Below, one piece after another: positions 8,257 to 17,476 of a DNA stretch of 57,417 bases. The DNA comes from a virus. Lineage: Duplodnaviria; Heunggongvirae; Uroviricota; Caudoviricetes. Made by a program: the position numbers and the translations under genes. The notes under the pieces are model-generated. The model had not been told where the DNA came from. It did not search any database and saw only the letters and a program-made list of their open reading frames with translations. Position 1 is the stretch's first letter, and every line of letters begins with the position of its first letter. Location of the stretch: the IMG/VR virus record IMGVR_UViG_3300028454_000679, one strand, 5' to 3'.

Positions 8257-11200
8257 TTATTGTACTTTAGTTGTAATATTTTTAAATTTATCTTTGGCTT
8301 TTACCTTGCCCTGGTCGTGTGCAAGATTAGCTTTGTACATGCGGATAAAAGCGACACAGTTACCAGTACCATTCTCTTTAATCCCATACTGATGCTCAAA
8401 GGCTGACGGATTACCAAAGAACTCAATAACATGGCATGCAGCTGCATGGAACATATATTGATAAGCTGGAAATTTCATTGCTGTTGTATGATACCTTGTA
8501 TGGTCCTGTGCAGATGCTTTTGATGCTGCAGTCCAACCATCAAACTGACCAACCTGATTACTATGTGCATACCCTATTGCATCACCAGTAGTGCAATGTA
8601 TAATAGAACCATCCGTCATAATAAGATCGCACAGAACTCCTGTTGATGAAATACTACCAAAGCCATGAAAGCCCAGTCTAACCATATTACGTGGATAGCA
8701 CCATTTTCCAAGAGCTATAGCGTACTGCTTAGTACCACAGGCTGCAAATACACCTATACCACCTTCTGTTGATTTAGGTGCACTAAACTTGATAACATCA
8801 GTGTTGATAGACGCCTTCTCCTGAGTAAACTTACAGCCAACTCTATTTGCACAATAAGGTGGCTTAAATTTTCTACCACCTTTAAATCCATATGCTGTAT
8901 AGGTATATGTTGCAGTGTTTGTTTCGACATCATCAGCAACTCCACCAATATCCTCACACGTTACCTTGTAGGGTACTGCCACATCATAGTAAGGAACATC
9001 TTTACCACTACTTGCATAGACGTAGGAAGACTCTATACCACAATCACCGTAGATATCACTTCTAGGCAATCCATCGTTTCCACTAAAGTTAGTTGTACTC
9101 TGCTGAATAGCACTTGCACTATCAGACTGACTTAGAGCCTCATTTAAAGACTGACCATTACTTGCAATTGCGGCATGCTCATAAGGTGTTGCCTTTGTTC
9201 TAATCTCTTTCAGAATCTTACCTGCGTTTGCTAATGAGTACTGGCTAGAACCCTTCTCAGAGACAACATCATTTGAAGAACAGAAAGAGTGTAAATCTAA
9301 GACTTTATAGGATACCGCACTAGATTTTATGGTAGTGTTGAAGTGCTCGATATTCTGATTATTCACTGTTCTACACTCTGAATCCACAGGTGGAAGTGTG
9401 CAGACATAAACTGAGCCGTAAGCACCGAACTTATTGGACAGGGAGGCTATATTAGGAGCTCTACCGGTGTCATCTGTACCTGTTAGAACAACTAAAGTGG
9501 TTCCTTTCTGTAAAGCTCGCTTAATAGTGTGCTTATTCTTCTTCAAGTAATTGTAACCTGTATGGTCTTGAGCTAAGAAAAAGCATCCCTCATAGTACTT
9601 ACCATCAACATGGCGTTTGCCTCGTGTCTTTTTAGCTTTAAGATTATTGGACTTGTAGGCACTTACAACTAATTGATTTCCTGCTATAAGCGTTGTATCA
9701 TGCAATGGGTTTGTATTTGCTGCTGGCGCAACACTACCAGCATTAGGGACAGCTTGTGTTACTGTACTTGTGCTGGAAGATGAAGAACTACTTGGTATAC
9801 CAGTGCCTGGTGGTAAAATTTGCCATGGTCGCATATCATTTGGATAATCTACCTCTTTAACTGATCCCTCTGGTTTATTACCGCCTTTTTTGAAAGAACC
9901 ATAGTTGTCATCACAACCATGCATCTGAGCTGCATAAATTCTCGTCTTACTCTTATTTGCCCAACCCAAAAACATAAGAACATGACCCTTTCCATGTGTA
10001 GCTAAAACATCCCCTGCTACTAAATCTTTTTTGTTTATCCATTTACCTTCGCCTGGGTAAAGCCCGGTTCCCGAAGGAACAGTAATACCAATTGAGGTAT
10101 AAGCAGCATAAATTGAGCCGGAACAATCTGTACCAACATCCTTCCCTGCATCAATCTTTCTCTTGATTACATTCCAATTAGTATCTCGGTCAAGTGAACG
10201 CATATGACCATTATCGCCTACTCCCTGGGTGTACCAACTGTTCCAAACAATCCAGAACATACGGTCAATAACCTTCTGTCTTTCAGGAGATAATGTTGAT
10301 TCATCTATACAGCACTTATCTGGTGTAAAGCCTCCATGAGAACCATCCAAGTACTTCCAACCACTAACTAGTGATGCTGTTGCATTAGCTGAATTGTTAG
10401 AAGCAATAGAGGAGCCTGCTAACTTTTCTGCAACTTTAGTAGCTTTCTTGTAGGCGGCAAGAGCAGCTTTACACCTGTTATGAAAAGATCCCTCTGACCT
10501 ATAATGCCAGAAAAGATCCTTACGCTTCTCCTTTTCAGTATTTCCATGATATGCAGAGGCTGCTGAAGAATAGTGACCTCTAGCCTCTATGTATATTGCA
10601 GCTGCTGCAGCTCTCTCCTTATTAACATAAAATGCTAAACTTGCCATCTTGATATCATCACACTTCAGGAATTCCGTGATAGTCTTTGGCACAGAAACAT
10701 TCTTGTCCGGAAAAGTTATAGCAGCTTTAGACGCATCACCGCTACGCACAAATTCGTAGCCACTCTTGAAATTAACACTAAGATGAGTATCCTTATATTC
10801 AAGCCAGTTTATATACCCATTACTTGGGTGACTTATGAAATACTTAGTTTGACAGGCAGCTTCAGCGCAACACCCATTAATCTTGTGATGATTGGCGTGA
10901 CTTGCACTACTACAGTAAGAGCGGTAACCACTTATCGCACCACCAACAAATTGGTATATGCCCACACCAGCACCGCTGTAACTGTCAATATTACCCTCAT
11001 ACGCAGCACTACCTATCATAGCTGCAGTAGCCTCTGCAGTACACCCACAATCAATAGCAGAGTTCCATTGAGCTGTAAAGAACTTTTTTCCATGGTCACC
11101 TGCAAATGAAAGTACATAATCCTCCGGAAGTTTACCGTAACCAACTGAGTAATTACTACTCTGTCCTGCCGTTTGAGCTGTACCATTCATACCGGAAGTG

Positions 11201-11457
11201 AAAACAGTTTGAATACCATTAAAAATTCCAGACGCAGAGAAAAGGTCTAAATCACTAGCAGCCACCTTTTTACCACCTGCAAGTCGCTCCTGCATAAGTA
11301 AAAGGTACTCGCTACTAAAACATGAAAGCCCAATAACACAAAGAATAGTCGCTACAACTGTTACAAGAACAAGTTTCGCAAAAATAGACTTATCTTTCGG
11401 TGGACTTTCTGTCATGTCAAATACATGTGACTCTGTAACTCCTTTAAATTTATACAT
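8257..11457 (-). CDS. membrane-anchored multidomain peptidoglycan hydrolase (phage-tail-lysozyme-like + NlpC/P60 + degenerate SGNH + C-terminal DPBB/3D-like), VirB1-like
   Basis: N-terminal TM; ATAAMIGSAAYEG..GVGIYQF (Phage_lysozyme2-like); DCSGSIYAAY...LVAGDVL..GHVLMFLG (NlpC/P60 Cys/His); Ser-rich linkers. Confidence 0.8.
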   Translation of the reverse strand: MYKFKGVTESHVFDMTESPPKDKSIFAKLVLVTVVATILCVIGLSCFSSEYLLLMQERLAGGKKVAASDLDLFSASGIFNGIQTVFTSGMNGTAQTAGQSSNYSVGYGKLPEDYVLSFAGDHGKKFFTAQWNSAIDCGCTAEATAAMIGSAAYEGNIDSYSGAGVGIYQFVGGAISGYRSYCSSASHANHHKINGCCAEAACQTKYFISHPSNGYINWLEYKDTHLSVNFKSGYEFVRSGDASKAAITFPDKNVSVPKTITEFLKCDDIKMASLAFYVNKERAAAAAIYIEARGHYSSAASAYHGNTEKEKRKDLFWHYRSEGSFHNRCKAALAAYKKATKVAEKLAGSSIASNNSANATASLVSGWKYLDGSHGGFTPDKCCIDESTLSPERQKVIDRMFWIVWNSWYTQGVGDNGHMRSLDRDTNWNVIKRKIDAGKDVGTDCSGSIYAAYTSIGITVPSGTGLYPGEGKWINKKDLVAGDVLATHGKGHVLMFLGWANKSKTRIYAAQMHGCDDNYGSFKKGGNKPEGSVKEVDYPNDMRPWQILPPGTGIPSSSSSSSTSTVTQAVPNAGSVAPAANTNPLHDTTLIAGNQLVVSAYKSNNLKAKKTRGKRHVDGKYYEGCFFLAQDHTGYNYLKKNKHTIKRALQKGTTLVVLTGTDDTGRAPNIASLSNKFGAYGSVYVCTLPPVDSECRTVNNQNIEHFNTTIKSSAVSYKVLDLHSFCSSNDVVSEKGSSQYSLANAGKILKEIRTKATPYEHAAIASNGQSLNEALSQSDSASAIQQSTTNFSGNDGLPRSDIYGDCGIESSYVYASSGKDVPYYDVAVPYKVTCEDIGGVADDVETNTATYTYTAYGFKGGRKFKPPYCANRVGCKFTQEKASINTDVIKFSAPKSTEGGIGVFAACGTKQYAIALGKWCYPRNMVRLGFHGFGSISSTGVLCDLIMTDGSIIHCTTGDAIGYAHSNQVGQFDGWTAASKASAQDHTRYHTTAMKFPAYQYMFHAAACHVIEFFGNPSAFEHQYGIKENGTGNCVAFIRMYKANLAHDQGKVKAKDKFKNITTKVQ

Positions 11458-11481
11458 ACACTAAATTTATCCTTTAACTAC

Positions 11482-11507
11482 AAAAGGCAGTGGGAAACCC
11501 ACTGCCT
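11482..11507 (-). terminator. Rho-independent terminator ending the kinase cassette
   Basis: On the minus strand AGGCAGTGGG-TTT-CCCACTGCCT followed by TTT. Confidence 0.8.
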
Positions 11508-11544
11508 AATTCTTTTATCATATTCTATTTTATAAATTGTATCA

Positions 11545-12387
11545 TTAAGTAAAGACACTGCTCTTACTTACTGTTGGTTGTGCCAGTAAAGTACTCACCC
11601 TGGGAAAGTGAATCAAGACTATTGCTCGTATTCTTGAAGCAATAGTATCTCCATACACCGCTCTAATACGCTCAATTGCTGGAGAAATATCAGGCGTTTT
11701 CAGTTCTACACCAGTACCATAAAGTGTATGGCATGCTTCTACCTGTTTCTCAAAAGATGTAGCAAATGGTCTTGCTTTCACGCCGTTTAACTCCTTGCGG
11801 ACATTACCGTCTTCCGAATATTTGGTTCGTAGATTTGACAGAAATCCCATTCCACAATCAAAGATAGGTGCAGGACGAAACTTGCCTTGTTTCTTATTGT
11901 ATAATAGAGCAATATTATTAAAGTGTCTATCCTCATTCAGAGTAAGGTAATCCACATCAAGTAATTTTGACAAGTACACACCAAAATCCTTAATGCCAGT
12001 ATTCTGTTCAACAACACTAACAAACGATTGAATCTTATCAGTAGTTGCCAACTGTTGCCATGCATTCAAACTTATTTGGTTATAGTAATCCCTGTCAACA
12101 CTTTTCAACAGCCGTGCAATAGTGATAACAAACTCATCAGGTGCTTTAAAGTCTTTGGAAACACAACCGGTTACCATCTTCCCATTCTGCTCCATTGTGA
12201 CCAAATCATACTTAACAAATTCTGATTCATTTAAATCTGTATATTGCATGACATAAGACGCCAAATACTCTGCGGCACCTTCGTATCCTAAGAAGCCAGC
12301 CTTGTACCAGTAACCATCACATTCATACTTTGCCTGATTACCAAGGGCACTGGGAGCTATTCCACCAGAATTGCTAACACTAAACAT
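11545..12387 (-). CDS. HipA-family Ser/Thr kinase (HipT-like, lacking the N-subdomain)
   Basis: GNQAK, WYK, EYLAS, NEDRHFNNIA, APIFDCG motifs; GGAGG RBS; ends VSKSSVFT. Confidence 0.85.
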   Translation of the reverse strand: MFSVSNSGGIAPSALGNQAKYECDGYWYKAGFLGYEGAAEYLASYVMQYTDLNESEFVKYDLVTMEQNGKMVTGCVSKDFKAPDEFVITIARLLKSVDRDYYNQISLNAWQQLATTDKIQSFVSVVEQNTGIKDFGVYLSKLLDVDYLTLNEDRHFNNIALLYNKKQGKFRPAPIFDCGMGFLSNLRTKYSEDGNVRKELNGVKARPFATSFEKQVEACHTLYGTGVELKTPDISPAIERIRAVYGDTIASRIRAIVLIHFPRVSTLLAQPTVSKSSVFT

Positions 12388-12389
12388 AC

Positions 12390-12698
12390 TTATTCCTCCA
12401 ACTCTAAGGTGCATTCATCATCATACATACGTCCTTTAGTTTTCAACACAATAAGTAACGGGTCATAATGGTCTATGCCAAGCTGGTCTAAATACCATTG
12501 AAGATTATCACGACTTCTAGGGAAGCATCTGCTCTCAAGAAGATCTTCGAAGTCATGATACGTTGGGTTCAGAGTATTTCCAAATGCTCGCAGAATTGGA
12601 ATATCAGTGTGATTTATAATTGATACTGTCTTTTTCTTATTATCAACAAAAATCTCTGTCATAACTTTTCCTGCATCCTTAAATAACCATTTCTCCAT
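12390..12698 (-). CDS. HipA N-terminal-domain-like (HipS-like) protein
   Basis: FEDLLESRCFPRSRDNL...LGIDHYDPL...TKGRMYDD; coupled directly upstream of the kinase. Confidence 0.7.
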   Translation of the reverse strand: MEKWLFKDAGKVMTEIFVDNKKKTVSIINHTDIPILRAFGNTLNPTYHDFEDLLESRCFPRSRDNLQWYLDQLGIDHYDPLLIVLKTKGRMYDDECTLELEE

Positions 12699-12748
12699 AA
12701 TACTCTCCTTAATGCTGTCGTTCAACAGAAACAAACAGATAGAACATC

Positions 12749-13909
12749 CTACGCAAATACAGTTGACTTTTCCACACTTGAATCACTTTTAAAATCCACA
12801 GTGTATGTTTTATCCTGCATCAATTCCTGTAAGTTTCTCTCAGTTATCTGTCTTATAAATTCCATCCTCTCTTCAGGTAAATTATACACCGAATGTATTG
12901 GAAGGTAAATTGTTCTCGGTATTCTACTCCTAATACTATCTGTTAGGAATGCTTGCCCTATCTTTGCAAAATCCCCACCTAACTTATGCCCAAAATGACC
13001 GTCACTAGTATACTTACTAAAATCCTCTAAGTCATCCTGCATTGCATAAGTGAGCATAGAGATATTAAAGTCGAATAATGGTGCAAAATCAACTATCTCA
13101 TAGCTGTCGCTGTCTACGAGAAATCCAAAGTTGCCTAAATGTCTATCTTGATTAAAGACAATGGAATCTAAAACAATCATTTCCTGAAATTTTTCTAGCA
13201 CACCATACTCAGCACACAACTGTGGTAAGTTCTCCCAACTATACAAAATATTCCTATCAGTATAGCGATGCATCGGAACATAAGCCAAATCTTTCGACGT
13301 AAACATTTTGCATTTAGTACAAATATGTCCATGCTTATTTACAAGATCATACCTTACAACATCCTGCTTAGTAAACTGCCTGGCAATAAAGCTGGAAATA
13401 TACTCAGAGTAGGGTTCAAGTCCAACATTGGCAGCCCCAGATTGACCTGTCTTGTAAAGGAAAATCCCATCAGATTCTCTTTTCCAAAATTTTGGAAAGG
13501 AGCCCTCTGCAGTAAATTCAGGACTTGTTGTGGCTGAAAGCTGTAATCCATGCAACCCACCTTCGAAAGCAGTTTTCTCCACTATATCAGAAAACTCATT
13601 ATCATATAGGTTTATACAGTCCCAGGATAACTCGGATTCAGCTTTCTTCACCCACAGTGTGTCATTAAGCGACAGTGCATGAGTTACCTCAATAAATCCC
13701 TCAATGGTGTCAATGCCCCATTCCTTAGTCCAGTTAGTCAAATGCTCCTTATGTTTTGCATAATTACGACTTGCTAACCATGTATTTAGATCAAAGGATG
13801 GAATTCTTATATCATTTAGCATTTTATCGCACACAGCAATAGTACTAACAATACCCTTTTCCATATGAAAAGATAATAATGGTACGTTCTTATTCATTAA
13901 ATAATACAT
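12749..13909 (-). CDS. HipA-family kinase with fused N-terminal domain
   Basis: YLMNKN N-domain; EGSFPKFW..LYK, EPYSEY, NQDRHLGNFG, APLFDFN; ends VEKSTVFA. Confidence 0.88.
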   Translation of the reverse strand: MYYLMNKNVPLLSFHMEKGIVSTIAVCDKMLNDIRIPSFDLNTWLASRNYAKHKEHLTNWTKEWGIDTIEGFIEVTHALSLNDTLWVKKAESELSWDCINLYDNEFSDIVEKTAFEGGLHGLQLSATTSPEFTAEGSFPKFWKRESDGIFLYKTGQSGAANVGLEPYSEYISSFIARQFTKQDVVRYDLVNKHGHICTKCKMFTSKDLAYVPMHRYTDRNILYSWENLPQLCAEYGVLEKFQEMIVLDSIVFNQDRHLGNFGFLVDSDSYEIVDFAPLFDFNISMLTYAMQDDLEDFSKYTSDGHFGHKLGGDFAKIGQAFLTDSIRSRIPRTIYLPIHSVYNLPEERMEFIRQITERNLQELMQDKTYTVDFKSDSSVEKSTVFA

Positions 13910-13952
13910 TCCGTAGTGACCCCCCTAACACACAAAATAAACTTCAAACGCT

Positions 13953-14936
13953 TTAATTGCTCTTAGACACAAAAATGTTAGAAGTGTGTACAGGATTACT
14001 GGTTGCTAATAATGTAAAATCTTCATTTATAACTTCTTGACGCCTTTGCAACACCTGGTAAGCTCTATCCAGAATAAGTTCCTTTCTGTAGTGCAACATT
14101 TGCTTATAAAACGTTTTTCTTAAATCTGAAATCAAAGGTGTATTGTCAATAATAGAATTTACTTTACTCTCATCGATACGTGGATACAACTCTAAAAATG
14201 CTCTTGTACAATTAGCATCCATACCTGAAGATAACATCTCAAAGTACCCATACTTATTCAACTGCTTAAAATTATTATCCTTATTCAGTGCAGATTTTGG
14301 GAAGTCATTAACTCGCTTTAGCACCTCTTCCTTATTACTAAGGATATCTGTAAATTTTGTTTCAGACAATCCTGGGTAGAGACTACTGCCACAATCATAA
14401 ATCGGAGATGTGGTGAGCTCGCCTGTTAGGAGATTTCTAATAAATCCTAAATTACCACTATGTCTGTCAAAATTCCCAATATATGCATCTAGGACAAAAT
14501 TATAAAAGTAGTGCATAATGGCTTCAGATGCAATGGAAGACAGGTCACTTTGATTGATTGTTCCATACAATTGATCATATGAAGGAATTCTCCCCAGTTC
14601 CTGTTTACGATATACTGTCCTCATGAACCAATTGAGTTCTTGTAGTTTATGATTTGGCTCGACAAAATCTAAGCAAGCTACGGCGATTTCACCATCTACA
14701 ACAGCTAACTTTGTCTTATGCACACTCAGACCCATACTTTCAGCTATATGGCTACTGACGTATTCTGAAATAGCTGAATTGCTGGTAGATGCAGCCAGTG
14801 AATTTTCTTCAACCTTGGTATCTGCAAACTTTATCATGTAGTAGTCATCACCAAGAATATAAGACTCTTTGGAATCTGACCCTCCGTAATCCCGGTAAGC
14901 TCTCTTAGCATTATCTATATCAAATAAAGTGTCCAT
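13953..14936 (-). CDS. HipA/CtkA-like kinase
   Basis: YGGSDSK..YMIKF, SEYVSS, GNFDRHSGNLG, SPIYDCGSSL; GGAGGTG RBS before MDTLF; ends VHTSNIFVSKSN. Confidence 0.88.
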   Translation of the reverse strand: MDTLFDIDNAKRAYRDYGGSDSKESYILGDDYYMIKFADTKVEENSLAASTSNSAISEYVSSHIAESMGLSVHKTKLAVVDGEIAVACLDFVEPNHKLQELNWFMRTVYRKQELGRIPSYDQLYGTINQSDLSSIASEAIMHYFYNFVLDAYIGNFDRHSGNLGFIRNLLTGELTTSPIYDCGSSLYPGLSETKFTDILSNKEEVLKRVNDFPKSALNKDNNFKQLNKYGYFEMLSSGMDANCTRAFLELYPRIDESKVNSIIDNTPLISDLRKTFYKQMLHYRKELILDRAYQVLQRRQEVINEDFTLLATSNPVHTSNIFVSKSN

Positions 14937-15033
14937 AAATGCACCTCCACACCAATTATACACTACAGTGTGAATCCATTACAACATAATCTTGTGTAAA
15001 GACTGGAAACTCCAACCCTTGCATAAAACTATG

Positions 15034-15059
15034 TGGCTAGCTGGCAACCCAGCTAGCCA
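15034..15059 (-). terminator. hairpin terminator upstream of the kinase cassette
   Basis: TGGCTAGCTGG-CAAC-CCAGCTAGCCA, 11 bp stem just downstream of the 15089 ORF; weak U-tract. Confidence 0.6.
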
Positions 15060-15088
15060 TTTAGTGTACTTACAAGTACGCGTGGCAC

Positions 15089-15556
15089 CTAATGAGTGAA
15101 ACTATGATTAAACTGACCAGAGACTTTTACACACCCACGAGTCTCCCTAGCTACTCTAATACGTTGTACAACCTCCACAGGGTTCATATTTAAAATCTCT
15201 TCTCTACTGCGACCATCAAAAACTACACGTAAGAAAGCATTTGAGTAAGTACTATTTAATTCCAAACCAAGAATACCAACCATAGCTTTCCAGGCATCAA
15301 GGATTCCATCCTCATAAGAATGTTTTACGGAAGACTGCTTACATGCAGACTTCTTCCCAGCTTCTACGGCTCTCTTGACACCTGCATCAAATCCTGTTCT
15401 GTAAGATAATTCTGTAAGATTGTCCTGCTCTGCCTGTGCTACTGAGTAGCCTCTTAAATACCCTGCACGGTAAATATTCTGAATACCTTCCGTGATATCA
15501 GGCATACAATCTTCTAAAGTGCTCTTCATTTCTTGCTCAAACTGTTCTGTTCTCAA
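15089..15556 (-). CDS. hypothetical protein (phage-type Y..G...G repeats)
   Basis: YRAGYLRG, YRTGFDAG, YEDGILD; TTG start. Confidence 0.7.
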   Translation of the reverse strand: MRTEQFEQEMKSTLEDCMPDITEGIQNIYRAGYLRGYSVAQAEQDNLTELSYRTGFDAGVKRAVEAGKKSACKQSSVKHSYEDGILDAWKAMVGILGLELNSTYSNAFLRVVFDGRSREEILNMNPVEVVQRIRVARETRGCVKVSGQFNHSFTH

Positions 15557-15560
15557 TTTC

Positions 15561-16415
15561 CTAATCTCCTGTTCTTAAATTAAAAATTCTTCTTGTATTC
15601 TCCTCCGTTACACGCAAAACCTCTTCCGTAGAAATACCCTTCACTTCAGCAATCCGTTCTGCAACCATTGGTAAAATAAGACTCGTATTCCTAGCCTTTT
15701 CCCACTGTTTACCAGTAACACTTTTAGGCTTCTGTGGTTTCACATATGGACTGTCAGTTTCCAGTAAAATAAACTGCAATGGAGTTTCCTTAACAACACA
15801 TTCTAACTGCTGACTATGCCCAGTTTGTAAAAGTGAACCACCTATACCAATCGACAGTCCAAACTCTTCTGTACACACCTTAGCTGCATGGAGAGAACCA
15901 CTAAAGCAATGCCATACACCACCATGCAACTTAGAGCTGTTAGATTGTAGAACACGCAAGGCATCTTCCTCAGCTTCTCGCAGGTGTAAAATAAGTGGAA
16001 GCCTGCGTTGGTCTGCTAAATCAATAAAATACTGAAAACACTCTAACTGCATACTCTTGCTCTCGGGACACCGATAGTAGTCCAGACCCACTTCGCCAAT
16101 TGCTACTACGCTGGTAGCCTCCAGAAGTCGTTCAAGCTGTTTGGCGCCATCTTTAAGCTCCTCACAGAACCTAGGATGTAATCCAATAGCAGGATAAACA
16201 AAGCCATTGCTAATTTTACTCAAAGTCAATAAATCAATATTAGAACGTAGGTCGCTTGCTGGCTCTATACAGCAAGTACATCCGGCACTGCGCATAGCTT
16301 CCATAACACTGAAAACACTGCCTTGGGTGATGGTAAAATCGTTTTGGTTGCAACTCACAAAAGGAAACTCGCCTTTAAATCTTGCACACGATAAATGTAC
16401 ATGAGAATCTATCAT
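15561..16415 (-). CDS. tatD: TatD family hydrolase/DNase
   Basis: IDSHVH, IGLHP, VAIGEVGLDYY, LILHLR, VWHCFSG, LLETDSPY. Confidence 0.93.
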   Translation of the reverse strand: MIDSHVHLSCARFKGEFPFVSCNQNDFTITQGSVFSVMEAMRSAGCTCCIEPASDLRSNIDLLTLSKISNGFVYPAIGLHPRFCEELKDGAKQLERLLEATSVVAIGEVGLDYYRCPESKSMQLECFQYFIDLADQRRLPLILHLREAEEDALRVLQSNSSKLHGGVWHCFSGSLHAAKVCTEEFGLSIGIGGSLLQTGHSQQLECVVKETPLQFILLETDSPYVKPQKPKSVTGKQWEKARNTSLILPMVAERIAEVKGISTEEVLRVTEENTRRIFNLRTGD

Positions 16416-16573
16416 AATTCCTCCTCATTGAAAATACTTTTGTCTTTACTCTGCGCTTTTAAATAATCCTCAAGTCTATCGAGTCTTTTCTTCAGCATAT
16501 GTGTGTAACCGCACAATGCAATAGCACAGACTTCTAAAGTGAGTAAAGAACCAATAAAGAATTCTGCTGTCAT
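16412..16573 (-). CDS. 53 aa small membrane protein (below the ORF track cut-off)
   Basis: AGGAGG RBS; MTAEFFIGSLLTLEVCAIALCGYTHMLKKRLDRLEDYLKAQSKDKSIFNEEEL; stop overlaps the tatD start (ATGA). Confidence 0.7.
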   Translation of the reverse strand: MTAEFFIGSLLTLEVCAIALCGYTHMLKKRLDRLEDYLKAQSKDKSIFNEEEL

Positions 16574-16587
16574 ACAAAACCTCCTAC

Positions 16588-16902
16588 TTAATCTATACCT
16601 TCTGAAACAACATCACTTGTCTTCCATGCCCCAGGAGAACCCGAACACAACAAACACACGCTACCCCTGTACCAAGGGCACTGCATACAATTGCTACTAT
16701 CACAGTACTGCTTAATAGTGATTATTGCCTCATCAACTTTTGTAAAGTCCATTAAATCCTCCTTTTGTGAACTAAAGACCTCAAAATTCTCTAGTCCTCT
16801 TTTAGTAACTGTATCAAAATCCTGAACCTTCCTGTACTTGTTCAATTCTTTGCTCTTTTCCATTGTAATACTTAAGAAACCTTTCTTGCTTTTTCTGCAC
16901 AC
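16588..16902 (-). CDS. small Cys-rich hypothetical protein (phage-type)
   Basis: YC...C..CPW....C.LC motif; the true start may be downstream (16863). Confidence 0.6.
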   Translation of the reverse strand: MCRKSKKGFLSITMEKSKELNKYRKVQDFDTVTKRGLENFEVFSSQKEDLMDFTKVDEAIITIKQYCDSSNCMQCPWYRGSVCLLCSGSPGAWKTSDVVSEGID

Positions 16903-17132
16903 TCAGCTAAAGTTCTAACACATCCAGAGTTTAGTGTTGACTCACACGCCTCCTTCTTATAATTACACTTTAGAACCTCTATACTCACGGCACACTCTTT
17001 TTTATCCTTTGTGTCAGTTACACCATCTACTGTTTGTTGTAAAAGACTAAGATACTCCGCAAATTCTCCATTGTTTGAAAAATGGAACAAATAATTATTC
17101 CCTTCATCTTGTTTTGGTAACATTACAAACAT
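16872..17132 (-). CDS. hypothetical protein
   Basis: AGGAG RBS; 86 aa. Confidence 0.6.
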   Translation of the reverse strand: MFVMLPKQDEGNNYLFHFSNNGEFAEYLSLLQQTVDGVTDTKDKKECAVSIEVLKCNYKKEACESTLNSGCVRTLAECAEKARKVS

Positions 17133-17194
17133 TTAAAATTTCTCCTAAAATTTATAGTAATTCAGGAACTAAGTTAATCCCTATCCCTCTAAAT

Positions 17195-17326
17195 TCACAT
17201 CCACACTTCTAATGTGGAAATTGGACAACCTATCTGTAATGCCAATGAATGCTTTGCTTCTTCCACACTATTAGCTTTCACATAATAGGTCTCATTCGTT
17301 ACTGTGCAGAACAGCTTAAAGTCCAT
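17195..17326 (-). CDS. 43 aa small protein (below the ORF track cut-off)
   Basis: GAGGTG RBS; MDFKLFCTVTNETYYVKANSVEEAKHSLALQIGCPISTLEVWM, with a phage-like V.A.S.EEA motif. Confidence 0.6.
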   Translation of the reverse strand: MDFKLFCTVTNETYYVKANSVEEAKHSLALQIGCPISTLEVWM

Positions 17327-17436
17327 ATCACACCTCTTTCATAGTTTTTCTAATTCTTTAAACTGAGCCATGCACTTTAATACTTTATATCAGAGTCAAA
17401 TTAAATGACTTCACTTTCTTACTAAACTGTGAATAC

Positions 17437-17473
17437 AAAATGAGATGACCTTGAACTCACAAAGCCATCCCAC
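17437..17473 (-). terminator. Rho-independent terminator after nrdG
   Basis: Minus strand TGGGATGGCTTTG-TGAGTT-CAAGGTCATCTCA-TTTT; the stem relies on G-U pairs, so it is strand-specific. Confidence 0.7.
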
Positions 17474-17476
17474 CCG

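Noticed and set aside
17359-17367. TAAACTGAG shared between the 17330-17440 and 56740-56810 intergenic regions as a promoter motif
   Set aside because: Only two occurrences of a 9-mer, with no consistent spacing to -10/-35 elements; cannot be distinguished from chance.
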